Assembly (NCBI GenBank): GCA_029061605.1
Contig: JAIDRT010000028.1
Location: 812-64,811 of the forward strand
Source: Clostridia bacterium
GTDB taxonomy: Bacteria; Bacillota; Clostridia; Christensenellales; UBA3700
Reading direction: 5' to 3'
DNA: 64,000 bases
The notes under the pieces were generated by a model. The model ran no database searches. It was not told the DNA's origin and saw nothing but the letters and a program-made list of their open reading frames with translations. How positions within the stretch are numbered: position 1 is the first letter of the stretch; each line of letters starts with the position of its first letter. Both the position numbers and the translations under genes were made by a program. This document shows positions 28,497-38,716 of the stretch, piece by piece.

Positions 28497-28958
28497 ATGG
28501 ACAAAATAGCAAACGATAATAATGACGTAATCACATATCTATCACACGGTTTGCAAGACACCGCCTACCTTGCACAAAAAGTCGCAGAGCGTCTCAATGG
28601 CGGGGAAGTGATATTGCTCAACGGTCAACTCGGCGCAGGCAAGACGACTTTTACAAAGAGCCTTGCAAAGAGTCTTGGAGTAGACGAGACTGTTACGTCT
28701 CCCACGTTTGCTTTTATGAAAGAGTATAGCGGAAGGCTTCCTCTATATCATTTTGATTTGTACAGAGTTGTTGACGAGGATGAGTTGTACGAACTTGGAT
28801 TAAACGATTATCTTTATATGAACGGCGTCTGCGTAATAGAGTGGAATAAGTTTGAAGACGTGCCTAATCCTATAGTTATTGATGTGTTGACGGTAGATGA
28901 CTCTATTACCCAGTGTGAGAGAGTGTTTAGAATTCAAGGAATGAAGTTGGATTTATAG
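28497..28958 (+). CDS. tsaE: tRNA t6A37 biosynthesis ATPase TsaE
   Basis: P-loop GQLGAGKTTFTK followed by SPTF and HFDLYR motifs. Start is uncertain (28446, 28452 or 28497). 28497 was chosen because the putative -10 overlaps 28446. Confidence 0.85.
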   Translation: MDKIANDNNDVITYLSHGLQDTAYLAQKVAERLNGGEVILLNGQLGAGKTTFTKSLAKSLGVDETVTSPTFAFMKEYSGRLPLYHFDLYRVVDEDELYELGLNDYLYMNGVCVIEWNKFEDVPNPIVIDVLTVDDSITQCERVFRIQGMKLDL

Positions 28959-29259
28959 AGTTATGTCTATTGGCAATTGGTATGCCGGGAGCGTCAAAAT
29001 TCTTTGACGCAAAAATGATTATGTTGATTGTCATTAGTTGGCAAAATAAGTATGTGAGTTTGATATATTGAGCGGTGAATTAAATTTTGCCTTTGCGATT
29101 TAAGATGGCGCGAAGAATATAAGAAATTAAATACTTCTCAATTAAGTAAAAATGTATTCTTATTTAAGTTGATTTTTAGAATTATTCTACAAAATTAACT
29201 AAATTAGAGTAAAAATATGAAGAAAAAGTAGTAAAAGAATATATATAAGGAAAATGACA

Positions 29260-29880
29260 ATGAAGATTTTGGCAGTAGATAGCGCTTGGGATAATATGGT
29301 GGTGGCGCTTTGCTCAGATGGCAAAGTATACAGTGAGACGAGCCTTGACGGCGCAAAAAAACACAACTCTTTGATTCTCCCAATGATAGATAGATTGCTT
29401 GAGAAAGCCAATATAAAAATCAGTGAAGTTGATTACTTTGCCGCAGTTGTAGGTCCCGGCTCTTTTACCGGTATACGAATAGGAGTGTCAAGCGTCAACG
29501 CATTGGCTTTTGCGTGCAATAAAAATTGCGTGGAAATAAATGCACTTGAAGAACTTGCGTATCCTTGCTGCGATAAAGAATTTTATACCGCAATAGATTG
29601 TAGACATAATTGCTATTATTACGGCAAGTTCAATGGCGGATTTGACAATATGATAAGTATGGGCGAGATTACTGCTCAAGAACTTGATAGCGCTAAATGC
29701 AAGGTCGCTAAATGCAAGGTAATAAAGAAGATTTCGCCTTCTGATCCCAACGCTTTGATTGAGATAAGCAAGGCAAAAATCGCCAGAGGCGAAACTGGCG
29801 CGTTGGTGCCGTTGTATCTCAAGAAGTCGCAGGCAGAAAGAGAATACGAAGCGAAAAATATGGACAAAACGGATATATGA
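29260..29880 (+). CDS. tsaB: tRNA t6A37 biosynthesis protein TsaB
   Basis: N-terminus MKILAVDSA..., then GPGSFTGIRIGVS motif. ATG 29260 has better RBS spacing than 29254. Confidence 0.85.
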   Translation: MKILAVDSAWDNMVVALCSDGKVYSETSLDGAKKHNSLILPMIDRLLEKANIKISEVDYFAAVVGPGSFTGIRIGVSSVNALAFACNKNCVEINALEELAYPCCDKEFYTAIDCRHNCYYYGKFNGGFDNMISMGEITAQELDSAKCKVAKCKVIKKISPSDPNALIEISKAKIARGETGALVPLYLKKSQAEREYEAKNMDKTDI

Positions 29881-30329
29881 TTGATATGGATATTTTGCGT
29901 TTTCAAGATTTGTCTGAGATATTTTGCAATCAGGTTTTTGATATAGAAAGGGCTAGTATCAGCGAGCCTTGGACTTTAAATCAAATTTGCGGACTTATTG
30001 CTGATGCAAGCGCTGTAGTGAGAATAGGGGTAATTGACGGCGAAGTTATATGTTATTACAGTTTTTATGATATTTGCGGTGAAGGCAATATCAATAATTT
30101 AGCAGTTAAAGAGGATTATAGGGGTAAAGGCGTAGGTTCTTTATTGATTGAAGATATGCTGAATGTTGCTAAAGGGAAAAATTTAATGGCGCTTACGTTG
30201 GAAGTCAATGAAAAGAACTGTGCTGCGATATCGCTATATAAAAAGTTTGGTTTTAAAATCGAGGGGAAGCGAATTAAATTTTACGGCGGAAAAGATGACG
30301 CTCTTATTATGTGGAAGAGGGATATTTAA
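29877..30329 (+). CDS. rimI: Ribosomal-protein-alanine N-acetyltransferase RimI (GNAT)
   Basis: 150 aa. GNAT motif YRGKGVGSLL. Overlaps the tsaB stop by 4 nt. Conserved tsaB-rimI context. Confidence 0.85.
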   Translation: MIDMDILRFQDLSEIFCNQVFDIERASISEPWTLNQICGLIADASAVVRIGVIDGEVICYYSFYDICGEGNINNLAVKEDYRGKGVGSLLIEDMLNVAKGKNLMALTLEVNEKNCAAISLYKKFGFKIEGKRIKFYGGKDDALIMWKRDI

Positions 30330-30446
30330 AGTAAAATTGGTTTATTTTACATTTTTCAACATTTTTTGATTTTTTAGTGTTTTTATTTACAGATCTGGCA
30401 TATTTATATCATATAAGCAATTCTAATGCTTATCTGAGGTGGTGCT

Positions 30447-31142
30447 ATGCTCAATCACGTTATGCTTGGACAGGGGCAAGATGTAATATTTTTGCACGGT
30501 TGGGGCGGAAGTATTGATAGTTTTAGAGGTGCAGGGCAATATTTTTCGGCTAATTATCGCTGTACGTTAGTTGATTTTTATGGTTTTGGTGATTCTCCTT
30601 TGCCTGGAGTACTCACGCTTGAGGATTACGCCAATGGAATTGAAGAACTTATCAGGCATTATTCAATGAAAGAAGTTATACTTGTCGGACATTCTTTCGG
30701 CGGACGTGTCGCTATGCTATTGGCAAGCCGCAATAATAATATCAAAAGTATTGTGTTGGTAGACAGCGCGGGGCTAAAGCCTAGGTTTTCATTAAAAAAG
30801 TTTTGTAAAAAAGTTACATATAGGTTAAAAAGGGCTCTAAAATTGAACGTCAGTAAGTGCGGATCTGCCGATTATCGCAAGTTGAGTGGGGATATGCGCG
30901 AGACTTTTAAAAATATAGTCAATTTCCATCTTGATTTTTGTCTAAAAGATATCAAATGTTCTACGCTAATTATTTGGGGCAAACGAGATAAAGATACGCC
31001 GCCGTATATGGCAAGGAGACTGCGAAGACGCATATATAATAGTGGGCTTATATTTTTGAAGGGAGGACATTATAGTTATTTAGATTGTTACGGACAATTT
31101 CTGGCAATTTTAAGTAGTTATTTTGGTGATATATGCAGATAG
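30447..31142 (+). CDS. Alpha/beta hydrolase
   Basis: 231 aa. Motifs FLHGWGGS and nucleophile elbow GHSFGG. Overlaps the murF start. Confidence 0.8.
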   Translation: MLNHVMLGQGQDVIFLHGWGGSIDSFRGAGQYFSANYRCTLVDFYGFGDSPLPGVLTLEDYANGIEELIRHYSMKEVILVGHSFGGRVAMLLASRNNNIKSIVLVDSAGLKPRFSLKKFCKKVTYRLKRALKLNVSKCGSADYRKLSGDMRETFKNIVNFHLDFCLKDIKCSTLIIWGKRDKDTPPYMARRLRRRIYNSGLIFLKGGHYSYLDCYGQFLAILSSYFGDICR

Positions 31143-32746
31143 CGGTAATTATAATAACCGAGTTGATTTATTGTCTTTTGGCAGTTGCGCTGTCGTTGAG
31201 GATAATAAATCTCGTTCAATTAGAAGGGTATAGAGTGGTAAATTCTAAAAAAATGAAAAATATTCGTCTGAAATTGTATGGGTCGGCGATATGTATCACA
31301 CTATGCAATGTTATATTTGTCTTTATATCCGTACATATAGGTAATTATTATCTACAACTTATATCGCAGGGGCTCTATGCTGTTGTGTTGTTGGTAAGTC
31401 TTACGGACGAGAGAGATAAGTGTGCCCATCAGCCTCTTGTATATACGGCAAGAGCAAAAAGGCTTATAGTATCATATACGGCTATAATAGTAATATTTAT
31501 GCTTATTGTGGGATTGTTAGGGCATATAATAAATATTAAAGGTATAAATTTATCATTTATCTTTATTCCATTGGTATTTGCTCTTATGCCAGAGATCGTA
31601 GCGCTGACGCTGGCAGTAAATAAGCCTATTGAGAAAAGAATTGCAAACAAATATATCAAAAGATGTTCGCTGACGTTGCAAAATACTGACATCATTAAGA
31701 TTGGAATTACCGGAAGTTACGGCAAAACAACGGTGAAAAATATCTTGACGACAATTCTCAATCAAAAATACAACGCCTACTGCACGCCTAGCAATTATAA
31801 CACTCCGCTAGGGATATGCAGGGCAGTCAACGATCTTCCCAAGGAATGTCAAATCTTTGTCGCTGAAATGGGAGCGAGGAACGTGGGGGATATAAAAGAG
31901 TTGTGCGATATTGTTAAGCCGACTTTTGGAATAATTACAGGCGTAGGCTCTCAGCATCTTGGCGCTTTTAAAAGTCAGCAAAATATCTACAATACAAAAA
32001 AAGAACTTGCCGATTATTTACAAAGCGTAGATGGGGTAGTTGTCTTCAACGGTGAAAATAATTATACGCGTCAAATGTATGATGAGTACGCCGGTAATAA
32101 AAAGTTTGCCATATCAAGCGAGATGTATTTGTCTTCGCAAGACGATGCCAAAAGAATCTTTGTAAGTGACGCGGAGTGTAATAGCGGCGGCTTGAGATTT
32201 GTTTTACACATAGGCGAAGAGAGCAAAGAGTGTAGTTGCCAACTTATTGGCAGACACAATCTTGAAAATATTTTGCTCAGCGTTCAACTTGCTGTAGAAC
32301 TCGGATTGAACATTGTTCAAATTATTGAGGGAATATCTCAATTATCCCCTGTCGAACACAGATTGCAGACGATAGAATTGCCTACCGGTATCACGATAAT
32401 AGACGATAGTTACAATTCTAACGAAGAGGGATCAAAACTTGCTATTGAGACGCTTGCAATGTTCAAAGGGCGAAAAATAGTGGCTACTCAAGGCATAGTA
32501 GAGATGGGAGCGGAGCAAAAAAGAGTAAACTTTGGATTGGGTGAATGTATTGCTAAAGTGGCGGATGTAGCCATTTTAATAGGCGTAAATAGGGAAGATA
32601 TACGACTTGGAATGATTTCTGAAAACTTTTGTGATAAGAATATATATTTGGTAGAGCATTTGGATAATGCTAAAGAACTGTTCAGCGCAATGCTGCGAAA
32701 GGGCGACGTTTTGTTGCTTCAAAACGACTTGCCGGATAATTATTGA
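31133..32746 (+). CDS. murF: UDP-MurNAc-tripeptide--D-Ala-D-Ala ligase MurF with an atypical N-terminal polytopic membrane region
   Basis: 537 aa. The first ~170 aa form about 5 hydrophobic helices. These are followed by the Mur ligase P-loop GITGSYGKTT, then DDSYNSN and a C-terminal Mur ligase domain. Directly upstream of ddl. Confidence 0.85.
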   Translation: MQIAVIIITELIYCLLAVALSLRIINLVQLEGYRVVNSKKMKNIRLKLYGSAICITLCNVIFVFISVHIGNYYLQLISQGLYAVVLLVSLTDERDKCAHQPLVYTARAKRLIVSYTAIIVIFMLIVGLLGHIINIKGINLSFIFIPLVFALMPEIVALTLAVNKPIEKRIANKYIKRCSLTLQNTDIIKIGITGSYGKTTVKNILTTILNQKYNAYCTPSNYNTPLGICRAVNDLPKECQIFVAEMGARNVGDIKELCDIVKPTFGIITGVGSQHLGAFKSQQNIYNTKKELADYLQSVDGVVVFNGENNYTRQMYDEYAGNKKFAISSEMYLSSQDDAKRIFVSDAECNSGGLRFVLHIGEESKECSCQLIGRHNLENILLSVQLAVELGLNIVQIIEGISQLSPVEHRLQTIELPTGITIIDDSYNSNEEGSKLAIETLAMFKGRKIVATQGIVEMGAEQKRVNFGLGECIAKVADVAILIGVNREDIRLGMISENFCDKNIYLVEHLDNAKELFSAMLRKGDVLLLQNDLPDNY

Positions 32747-32825
32747 ACAATGTTCAATATGTCAAACTAATGATAAATTTAATTGAAGTTTTTAATCAGT
32801 CAATACAAATTATCGGAGGTTTAGA

Positions 32826-33962
32826 TTGAAAAATATAGCACTCATTTACGGCGGAAATTCTTGCGAGAGAGACATATCTATTATCACTGCGTTGCAGTCG
32901 CTCGAGGCGATTGACAGAAAAAAATATAACGTATATCCAATTTACTGGAACGACTGTTTTTACATATTAGACGAGTTCAAGAATATTGATTCGTATACTC
33001 ACGGCGGAGCGCCTAAAGGCAAAAAGGTGTTTTTCCAAGAAGGGCATTTATACGCGTTGAAAAAAAATAAGTTCAAACTTATCTCAGATATCCATTGCGC
33101 ATTGCTGTGTACTCACGGCGGTAAGGGCGAAAACGGAGCATTGCAAGGCTTTTTTGAAGTGCAGGGCATTCCTTTTACGTCGCCGTCTCATATTGCTAGC
33201 GGTATAGGTATGGATAAGGCGTTGTTTAAGATGATTTGCAAGAAGTTGACTTTGCCTGTCTTGCCTTATGGAGTTGTCTGCGAAAGCGACGGTGACGAAG
33301 TTTTGGAGAGGATAATAGAAAGATTGGGGTTTCCGCTCATTGTTAAGCCTGCCAATCAAGGCTCGTCAATAGGAATAGGTATAAGTAAAGATATAGAAGA
33401 ATTAAAAGAAAAACTAAAGACGGCTTTTTATTATGACAGCAAAGTCGTCGTAGAAAAAGCCTTGACGGACTTCAAAGAAATAAATTGCGCCTGCCTGAGA
33501 AAAAACGGCAATATTTATCCCTCTACTCTTGAAGAGCCTGTGGGTTGGGAGGAGTTCTTGACCTTTGAAGATAAGTATATGTCAGGTGGTAAAGTCACAA
33601 AAACAAGCGCAAAAAGAATTTTTCCTGCTCAAATAAGCGAGGCAGATAAGATAAAAATACAGAATATAACGACAAAAATATATCAAGCGTTGGGTTGCAA
33701 GGGCATAGTGAGATGTGACTATTTAATAGATAAGATGAGCGAGAGCGTATATCTCAACGAGATCAATACCATTCCCGGCTCAATGGCAGGATATCTATAT
33801 GAAGACAAGGGATTTTATCTCAAAGATATACTTGATATTATTATAGAAGACGCTATAAAGGAGAGCAAAGATATAAAATCCGCAGGTTTTTCTTCCAAAG
33901 TTTTGCAATATTACTCTAAAAATAAGGCAAATGCTTGCAAAGTGTCCTTGAAAAATGTATAA
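32826..33962 (+). CDS. ddl: D-alanine--D-alanine ligase
   Basis: 378 aa, TTG start with RBS GGAGG. N-terminus ALIYGGNSCERDISI. ATP-grasp motifs (PLIVKPANQGSSIGI, NEINTIPG). Confidence 0.9.
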   Translation: MKNIALIYGGNSCERDISIITALQSLEAIDRKKYNVYPIYWNDCFYILDEFKNIDSYTHGGAPKGKKVFFQEGHLYALKKNKFKLISDIHCALLCTHGGKGENGALQGFFEVQGIPFTSPSHIASGIGMDKALFKMICKKLTLPVLPYGVVCESDGDEVLERIIERLGFPLIVKPANQGSSIGIGISKDIEELKEKLKTAFYYDSKVVVEKALTDFKEINCACLRKNGNIYPSTLEEPVGWEEFLTFEDKYMSGGKVTKTSAKRIFPAQISEADKIKIQNITTKIYQALGCKGIVRCDYLIDKMSESVYLNEINTIPGSMAGYLYEDKGFYLKDILDIIIEDAIKESKDIKSAGFSSKVLQYYSKNKANACKVSLKNV

Positions 33963-34045
33963 TCAAAAACGTAATTATTCGCAAATCTATTAATATTTCA
34001 ACGTTAATATAAAAATGATTGCGAAAATACTTTTTGGAGTACGCT

Positions 34046-35248
34046 ATGAAAAAAATCAAGATGACTACGCCTATAGTAGAACTAGATGGCGACGAAATGA
34101 CAAGACATATTTGGGCTTGGATAAAGGACATACTTATTAAGCCTTACGTAGAACTCAACAGCGAGTATTATGATTTGGGACTTGTCAACAGAGAAAAGAC
34201 AGGGGATAAAGTTACTATAGACGCCGCTAATGCTATAAAAAAGTACGGAGTTGGCGTAAAGTGCGCTACGATTACACCCAATGCGCAAAGAGTAAAAGAG
34301 TATAACCTCACTCAAATGTGGAAGAGTCCCAACGGCACAGTTAGAGCAATTCTTGACGGCACGGTCTTCAGGGCGCCGATAATGGTCAAGGGCATTACTC
34401 CGTATATACCCACTTGGACCTCGCCAATCACGATTGCGCGTCACGCATACGGCGATATTTATAAAGACGTCGAGGGATACGTCAAGAAGGGCGGAAATGC
34501 AAAACTCGTAATTGAGGACGAAGACGGCAAAAGAGAAATTGAAATCTTTGATTATGCAAAGACGTCAGGCGTTGTAATGGGTATGCATAATACTGATAAG
34601 AGCATATCTTCTTTTGCTCGCAGTTGTTTTAATTATGCTTTGGATACAAAGCAAGACCTTTGGTTTGCGACAAAAGATACAATATCCAAGACTTACGATC
34701 ACAGATTTAAAGATATATTCCAAGAGATTTTTGACGGCGAATACAAAGAAAAGTTCCAAAAAGCAGGCATAGAGTATTTTTATACGCTCATAGACGACGC
34801 TGTTGCCAGGGTAGTGCGCTCAAGCGGCGGAATGATTTGGGCTTGCAAAAACTATGACGGCGACGTAATGAGCGATATGGTTGCGACTGCTTTTGGCTCG
34901 CTTGCAATGATGACGTCGGTTTTGGTTTCTCCTGACGGAAACTACGAATATGAGGCGGCGCACGGCACCGTCACAAGACATTATTACAAATTTTTAAAGG
35001 GAGAGGAGACTTCTACAAATCCGGTGGCTACGATATTTGCTTGGTCGGGCGGACTTAGAAAGAGAGGACAACTTGACGGAATAAAAGAACTTGAAGATTT
35101 TGCCGACAAACTTGACAAGGCAACGATAGACACTATTGAAGACGGATTTATGACCGGAGACCTTGCGACAATCTACAAAGGGGATAAGCAAGTACGCAAA
35201 CTCAACACGGTAGATTTTTTAAAAGAGATTGCAAAAAAACTTGGATAA
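34046..35248 (+). CDS. icd: NADP-dependent isocitrate dehydrogenase (eukaryote-like homodimeric type)
   Basis: Start [20 protein letters not shown]. Motifs [27 protein letters not shown]. Confidence 0.9.
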   Translation: MKKIKMTTPIVELDGDEMTRHIWAWIKDILIKPYVELNSEYYDLGLVNREKTGDKVTIDAANAIKKYGVGVKCATITPNAQRVKEYNLTQMWKSPNGTVRAILDGTVFRAPIMVKGITPYIPTWTSPITIARHAYGDIYKDVEGYVKKGGNAKLVIEDEDGKREIEIFDYAKTSGVVMGMHNTDKSISSFARSCFNYALDTKQDLWFATKDTISKTYDHRFKDIFQEIFDGEYKEKFQKAGIEYFYTLIDDAVARVVRSSGGMIWACKNYDGDVMSDMVATAFGSLAMMTSVLVSPDGNYEYEAAHGTVTRHYYKFLKGEETSTNPVATIFAWSGGLRKRGQLDGIKELEDFADKLDKATIDTIEDGFMTGDLATIYKGDKQVRKLNTVDFLKEIAKKLG

Positions 35249-35271
35249 TAGCATATAAATCAAATAGTAAA

Positions 35272-35301
35272 ACGGCGCGATTTAAACTTGCGTCGTTTTT
35301 T
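35272..35301 (+). terminator. Intrinsic terminator after icd
   Basis: ACGGCGC (35272-35278) pairs with GCGTCGT (35290-35296, one G-T pair), then a T-run. Confidence 0.7.
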
Positions 35302-35340
35302 GCTATAAAGGAGAATAATAATTCGCGGTTTAGTACTATT

Positions 35341-35532
35341 TTATCCATATTTTAAAGGTATATAAAACGAAAAATAATAACAAAAAATCAACTCTAGCGC
35401 CACATTTTCAAACTTTTAAAAGTGTGGATAACTCAACATTGATGTGGATAAGTATGTGGATAAGTGACGAAAATGGGCATATATATGCGAAAAAACAGCA
35501 TTAAGGGTATGTTGATAAGTCAATTATCCGTT
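35341..35532 (+). promoter_or_regulatory. DnaA-box cluster
   Basis: Three perfect TGTGGATAA boxes (reverse complement of TTATCCACA) on one strand at 35423-35431, 35443-35451 and 35455-35463. One-mismatch boxes: TTATCCATA at 35341-35349 and TGTTGATAA at 35510-35518. A two-mismatch box: TTATCCGTT at 35524-35532. Confidence 0.75.
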
Positions 35533-35671
35533 TAGTCTATATTTAGAAAATTAAGCCGAAAAAATACAAAGAATATTATCGACAAAATCCTTGCAATTAT
35601 ATATTGGAATATGTTAATATATCTGTGTAATTTTATTTTTATATATTTAAACTTTAAGGAGAGTTATTATT

Positions 35672-36163
35672 ATGCCTAAAGCAGCAATAGTAATGGGAAG
35701 CGTAAGCGACCTTGACGTAGTAAAACCCACTATTGACATTCTCAAAAAATTTGACGTAGAAGTAGAGGCGAGAGTTATATCCGCTCACCGCACTCCGCAA
35801 ATGGCGCACGATTTTGCCAACAACGCGATTGAGAATAATATCGAAGTTATCATTTGCGCGGCAGGAAAAGCGGCGCATCTTGGAGGCGTGATTGCGGCGT
35901 ATACGCCGTTGCCTGTTATTGGACTTCCGGTGAAGAGTTCTACTATGGACGGACTGGACAGTCTTCTGTCAATGGTGCAAATGCCGTCGGGTATCCCTGT
36001 GGCTTGCGTGGCTATCAACGGCGGACTTAACGCAGGTTTGCTTGCAATTCAGATACTCTCCGTCAAGTACCCCAATCTTATGAAAAAAATGCAAGACTAT
36101 AAAAACAGTATGGCAGAAAAAATTAAAAGCGATGACGAAAAATTGCAAAAGGAGTTAAATTGA
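35672..36163 (+). CDS. purE: N5-carboxyaminoimidazole ribonucleotide mutase PurE
   Basis: 163 aa. Motifs IVMGSVSDL, SAHRTP and AGKAAHLGGV. Confidence 0.95.
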   Translation: MPKAAIVMGSVSDLDVVKPTIDILKKFDVEVEARVISAHRTPQMAHDFANNAIENNIEVIICAAGKAAHLGGVIAAYTPLPVIGLPVKSSTMDGLDSLLSMVQMPSGIPVACVAINGGLNAGLLAIQILSVKYPNLMKKMQDYKNSMAEKIKSDDEKLQKELN

Positions 36164-36166
36164 ATT

Positions 36167-36877
36167 ATGGAAAAGACCGTTCAACTTTATGAAGGCAAAG
36201 CAAAGAGAGTATACGCTACGACGGATCCCGATATCGTAATGGTATCTTACAAAGACGACGCTACGGCGTTCAACGGACTCAAGAAGGGTACTATTCTTGG
36301 CAAGGGCGTTGTCAACAACGTTTGCAGCAATCATATGTTCAGACTTTTGGAAGCAAAAGGCGTTCCTACTCACTACGTTGAAGAGATCAACGAGAGAGAG
36401 ACCTTTGTCAAAAAAGTGGAGATCGTACCTCTTGAAGTAATTATAAGAAACAGAGCGGCAGGATCTTTTTCAAAGAGATACGGAGTTGCGGAAGGCACCC
36501 AACTTGCAACGACGATAATAGAATTTAGTTATAAGAACGACGATTTAGGCGATCCGCTTATCAACGACTATCACGCTTTGGCGCTCAAGTTGGCTACCAA
36601 GGAAGAGATAGAGAAGATAAAAGAACTTGCTTTCAAGGTCAACGACTTTATGAAAGCATACTTCAGCGAGATTGGAGTTGAACTTATCGACTTTAAGTTG
36701 GAGTTTGGCAGATTTAAAGGCGACATAATACTTGCCGACGAAATTTCTCCCGATACTTGCCGTTTCTGGGACGCAAAGACTGGCGAGAAACTTGACAAGG
36801 ACAGATTTAGAAGAGATATGGACGACGTAGACAAGGGCTACAGAGAAATGATGAAGAGAATGGGACTTTCCAAGTAA
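36167..36877 (+). CDS. purC: SAICAR synthetase PurC
   Basis: 236 aa. Motifs [10 protein letters not shown] and LEVIIRN. Typical short bacterial PurC. Confidence 0.95.
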   Translation: MEKTVQLYEGKAKRVYATTDPDIVMVSYKDDATAFNGLKKGTILGKGVVNNVCSNHMFRLLEAKGVPTHYVEEINERETFVKKVEIVPLEVIIRNRAAGSFSKRYGVAEGTQLATTIIEFSYKNDDLGDPLINDYHALALKLATKEEIEKIKELAFKVNDFMKAYFSEIGVELIDFKLEFGRFKGDIILADEISPDTCRFWDAKTGEKLDKDRFRRDMDDVDKGYREMMKRMGLSK

Positions 36878-36910
36878 CCATCACGCATTAAGATATTAAG
36901 GAGTAAGTAT

Positions 36911-37930
36911 ATGGCAATTGATTACAAGTCCGCCGGTGTGGACGTAGAGGCGGGCTACAAAGCCGTCAAGTTGATGAAAGAATACGTCAAGACGACATAC
37001 AACGAAAGCGTTCTTGGCGACTTAGGAAGTTTTGGCGGTTTTTACGCGTTGGGAGACAAAGAGGACAGCGACTGTCTCGTTGCAGGCACCGACGGCGTGG
37101 GAACCAAACTCAAATACGCGTTTGTATTGGACAAGCACGATACTATAGGTATCGACGCAGTCGCAATGTGCGTCAACGATATAGTATGTCAGGGGGCAAA
37201 ACCTCTTTTGTTCCTCGATTACATAGCGTTGTCAAAACTCGTACCTGAGAAAGTCGCAGAGATAGTCAAAGGCGTAAGCGACGGCTGCCGTCAGGCAGGT
37301 TGCGCGTTGATTGGCGGAGAGACTGCGGAGATGCCGGGATTTTATGCTCAAGACGAATACGACATTGCAGGCTTTTCTGTAGGTATCGTAAAGAAAAATA
37401 AGATAATCAACGGCAAGAGTATCAAGGTCGGAGACGCTTTGGTTGGCATTGCTTCAAGCGGTATTCACTCAAACGGTTATTCTTTGGTACGCAAACTTTT
37501 TGGAGAGGACAAGGAGAGCCTCAATAAGTTCAACGAGACTCTTGGTTGCACTCCTGCAGAACTTGTGCTTACTCCCACAAAGATATATGTCAAGACGATT
37601 TTATCTTTGATAGAGAAGTTTGAAATCAAGGGCATTGCGCATATCACAGGCGGCGGCTTTATTGAAAACGTGCCAAGAATTATCCCAAGCGGTATGGGCG
37701 TCAAGATTGACAGAAACAGTTATCCGTTGCCAAGAATTTTCAAGGCTTTGCAAGAGATCGCTGGTATTGACGACCGCAAGATGTGCAATACATTCAATAT
37801 GGGTATCGGTATGGTGCTTGCAGTGGACAAGTCTATTGCGGCGGCAGTTGTCAGCGAACTCAAGGCGCTTGGCGAAGAAGCGTACGTGATAGGCGAAGTT
37901 ACTGATAAAGACGGACAAGTAGAACTTTGA
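36911..37930 (+). CDS. purM: AIR synthetase PurM
   Basis: 339 aa. Motifs [17 protein letters not shown] and GGETAEMPG. Confidence 0.95.
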   Translation: MAIDYKSAGVDVEAGYKAVKLMKEYVKTTYNESVLGDLGSFGGFYALGDKEDSDCLVAGTDGVGTKLKYAFVLDKHDTIGIDAVAMCVNDIVCQGAKPLLFLDYIALSKLVPEKVAEIVKGVSDGCRQAGCALIGGETAEMPGFYAQDEYDIAGFSVGIVKKNKIINGKSIKVGDALVGIASSGIHSNGYSLVRKLFGEDKESLNKFNETLGCTPAELVLTPTKIYVKTILSLIEKFEIKGIAHITGGGFIENVPRIIPSGMGVKIDRNSYPLPRIFKALQEIAGIDDRKMCNTFNMGIGMVLAVDKSIAAAVVSELKALGEEAYVIGEVTDKDGQVEL

Positions 37931-37990
37931 TAGGTGTGCCTTGCAATTTTGCAGGGCATATCTCATTTTGCGCATAAATTTTGGGTGAGT

Positions 37991-38575
37991 ATGAAGAATA
38001 TAGCGATATTTGCATCAGGTAGCGGAAGCGATATGCAGTCGGTCATTGACGGAACTTTGAGCGGACTGATTGACGGCAAGGTCGTGGCAGTCGTTACCAA
38101 CAAAGAGGGGATATTTGCAATTGAGCGAGCAAAAAAGCACGGCATAGATTGCAAGACTTTTAAGGCAAAGGATTACGGCGACAACGAGATGAGAGATAAG
38201 GCGATAGTAGAATATCTTAAAGGATACGGCATTGATCTCATTGTTTTGGCGGGATACCTTGCAATTGTCACTCCTGTATTGGTCGACGAATACGAGGGGA
38301 GGATCATAAACATTCATCCTTCGCTTATTCCCAAGCATTGCGGCAAAGGTATGTACGGTCTCAACGTACATAGAAGCGTGATAGCAAGCGGAGACAAAGT
38401 CAGCGGTTGTACGGTGCATTACGTAGATTACGGCGCAGACACAGGCGCGATTATTGCGCAAGAGCAAGTGGAAGTAAAAGAGGACGATACGCCGGAGAGT
38501 TTGCAGGCGAGAATACTTGAAGTCGAGCATATACTTCTTCCAAGCGTAGTCGCAAAATTGTGTCGTGTAAAGTAA
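37991..38575 (+). CDS. purN: GAR formyltransferase PurN
   Basis: Start ATG 37991 (MKNIAIFASGSGS). Motifs NIHPSL and GCTVH. Confidence 0.9.
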   Translation: MKNIAIFASGSGSDMQSVIDGTLSGLIDGKVVAVVTNKEGIFAIERAKKHGIDCKTFKAKDYGDNEMRDKAIVEYLKGYGIDLIVLAGYLAIVTPVLVDEYEGRIINIHPSLIPKHCGKGMYGLNVHRSVIASGDKVSGCTVHYVDYGADTGAIIAQEQVEVKEDDTPESLQARILEVEHILLPSVVAKLCRVK

Positions 38576-38595
38576 TATATAATTTGATATATAAA

Positions 38596-38622
38596 GTCAC
38601 CTCGACCGAAGCGGAGAGGTCT
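38596..38622 (+). repeat. Intergenic hairpin repeat, 27-nt short form (ACCTC/GAGGT stem), inside the pur cluster
   Basis: GTCACCTCGACCGAAGCGGAGAGGTCT. Confidence 0.8.
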
Positions 38623-38716
38623 CAATCATTATAAGAAAAAATTTTTACAAGGTCTCTTGTTAAGTAGCGTGAGTTAATGGGCGATACCTTAAGTGGAGAC
38701 GATAAAGGAGTATAGA

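Noticed and set aside
28982-29071. A 29-codon hydrophobic ORF (MPGASKFFDAKMIMLIVISWQNKYVSLIY) in the tsaE-tsaB spacer.
   Set aside because: It has no RBS, it overlaps a hairpin, and its composition is consistent with random AT-rich sequence.
35341-35671. The DnaA-box cluster plus AT-rich stretch considered as the chromosomal origin oriC.
   Set aside because: dnaA, dnaN and rpmH are not nearby, and gene orientation is + on both sides with no strand switch. It is therefore treated as a non-origin DnaA-box cluster, pending whole-genome GC skew.
38576-38716. A ZTP (pfl) or purine riboswitch upstream of purH, and likewise upstream of purE at 35580-35671.
   Set aside because: CGTGAGTTAATGGGCGA vaguely resembles the 5' half of the ZTP motif, but the obligatory 3' CCGCCTGGGC pseudoknot partner is absent. 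No purine-riboswitch core was seen upstream of purE.
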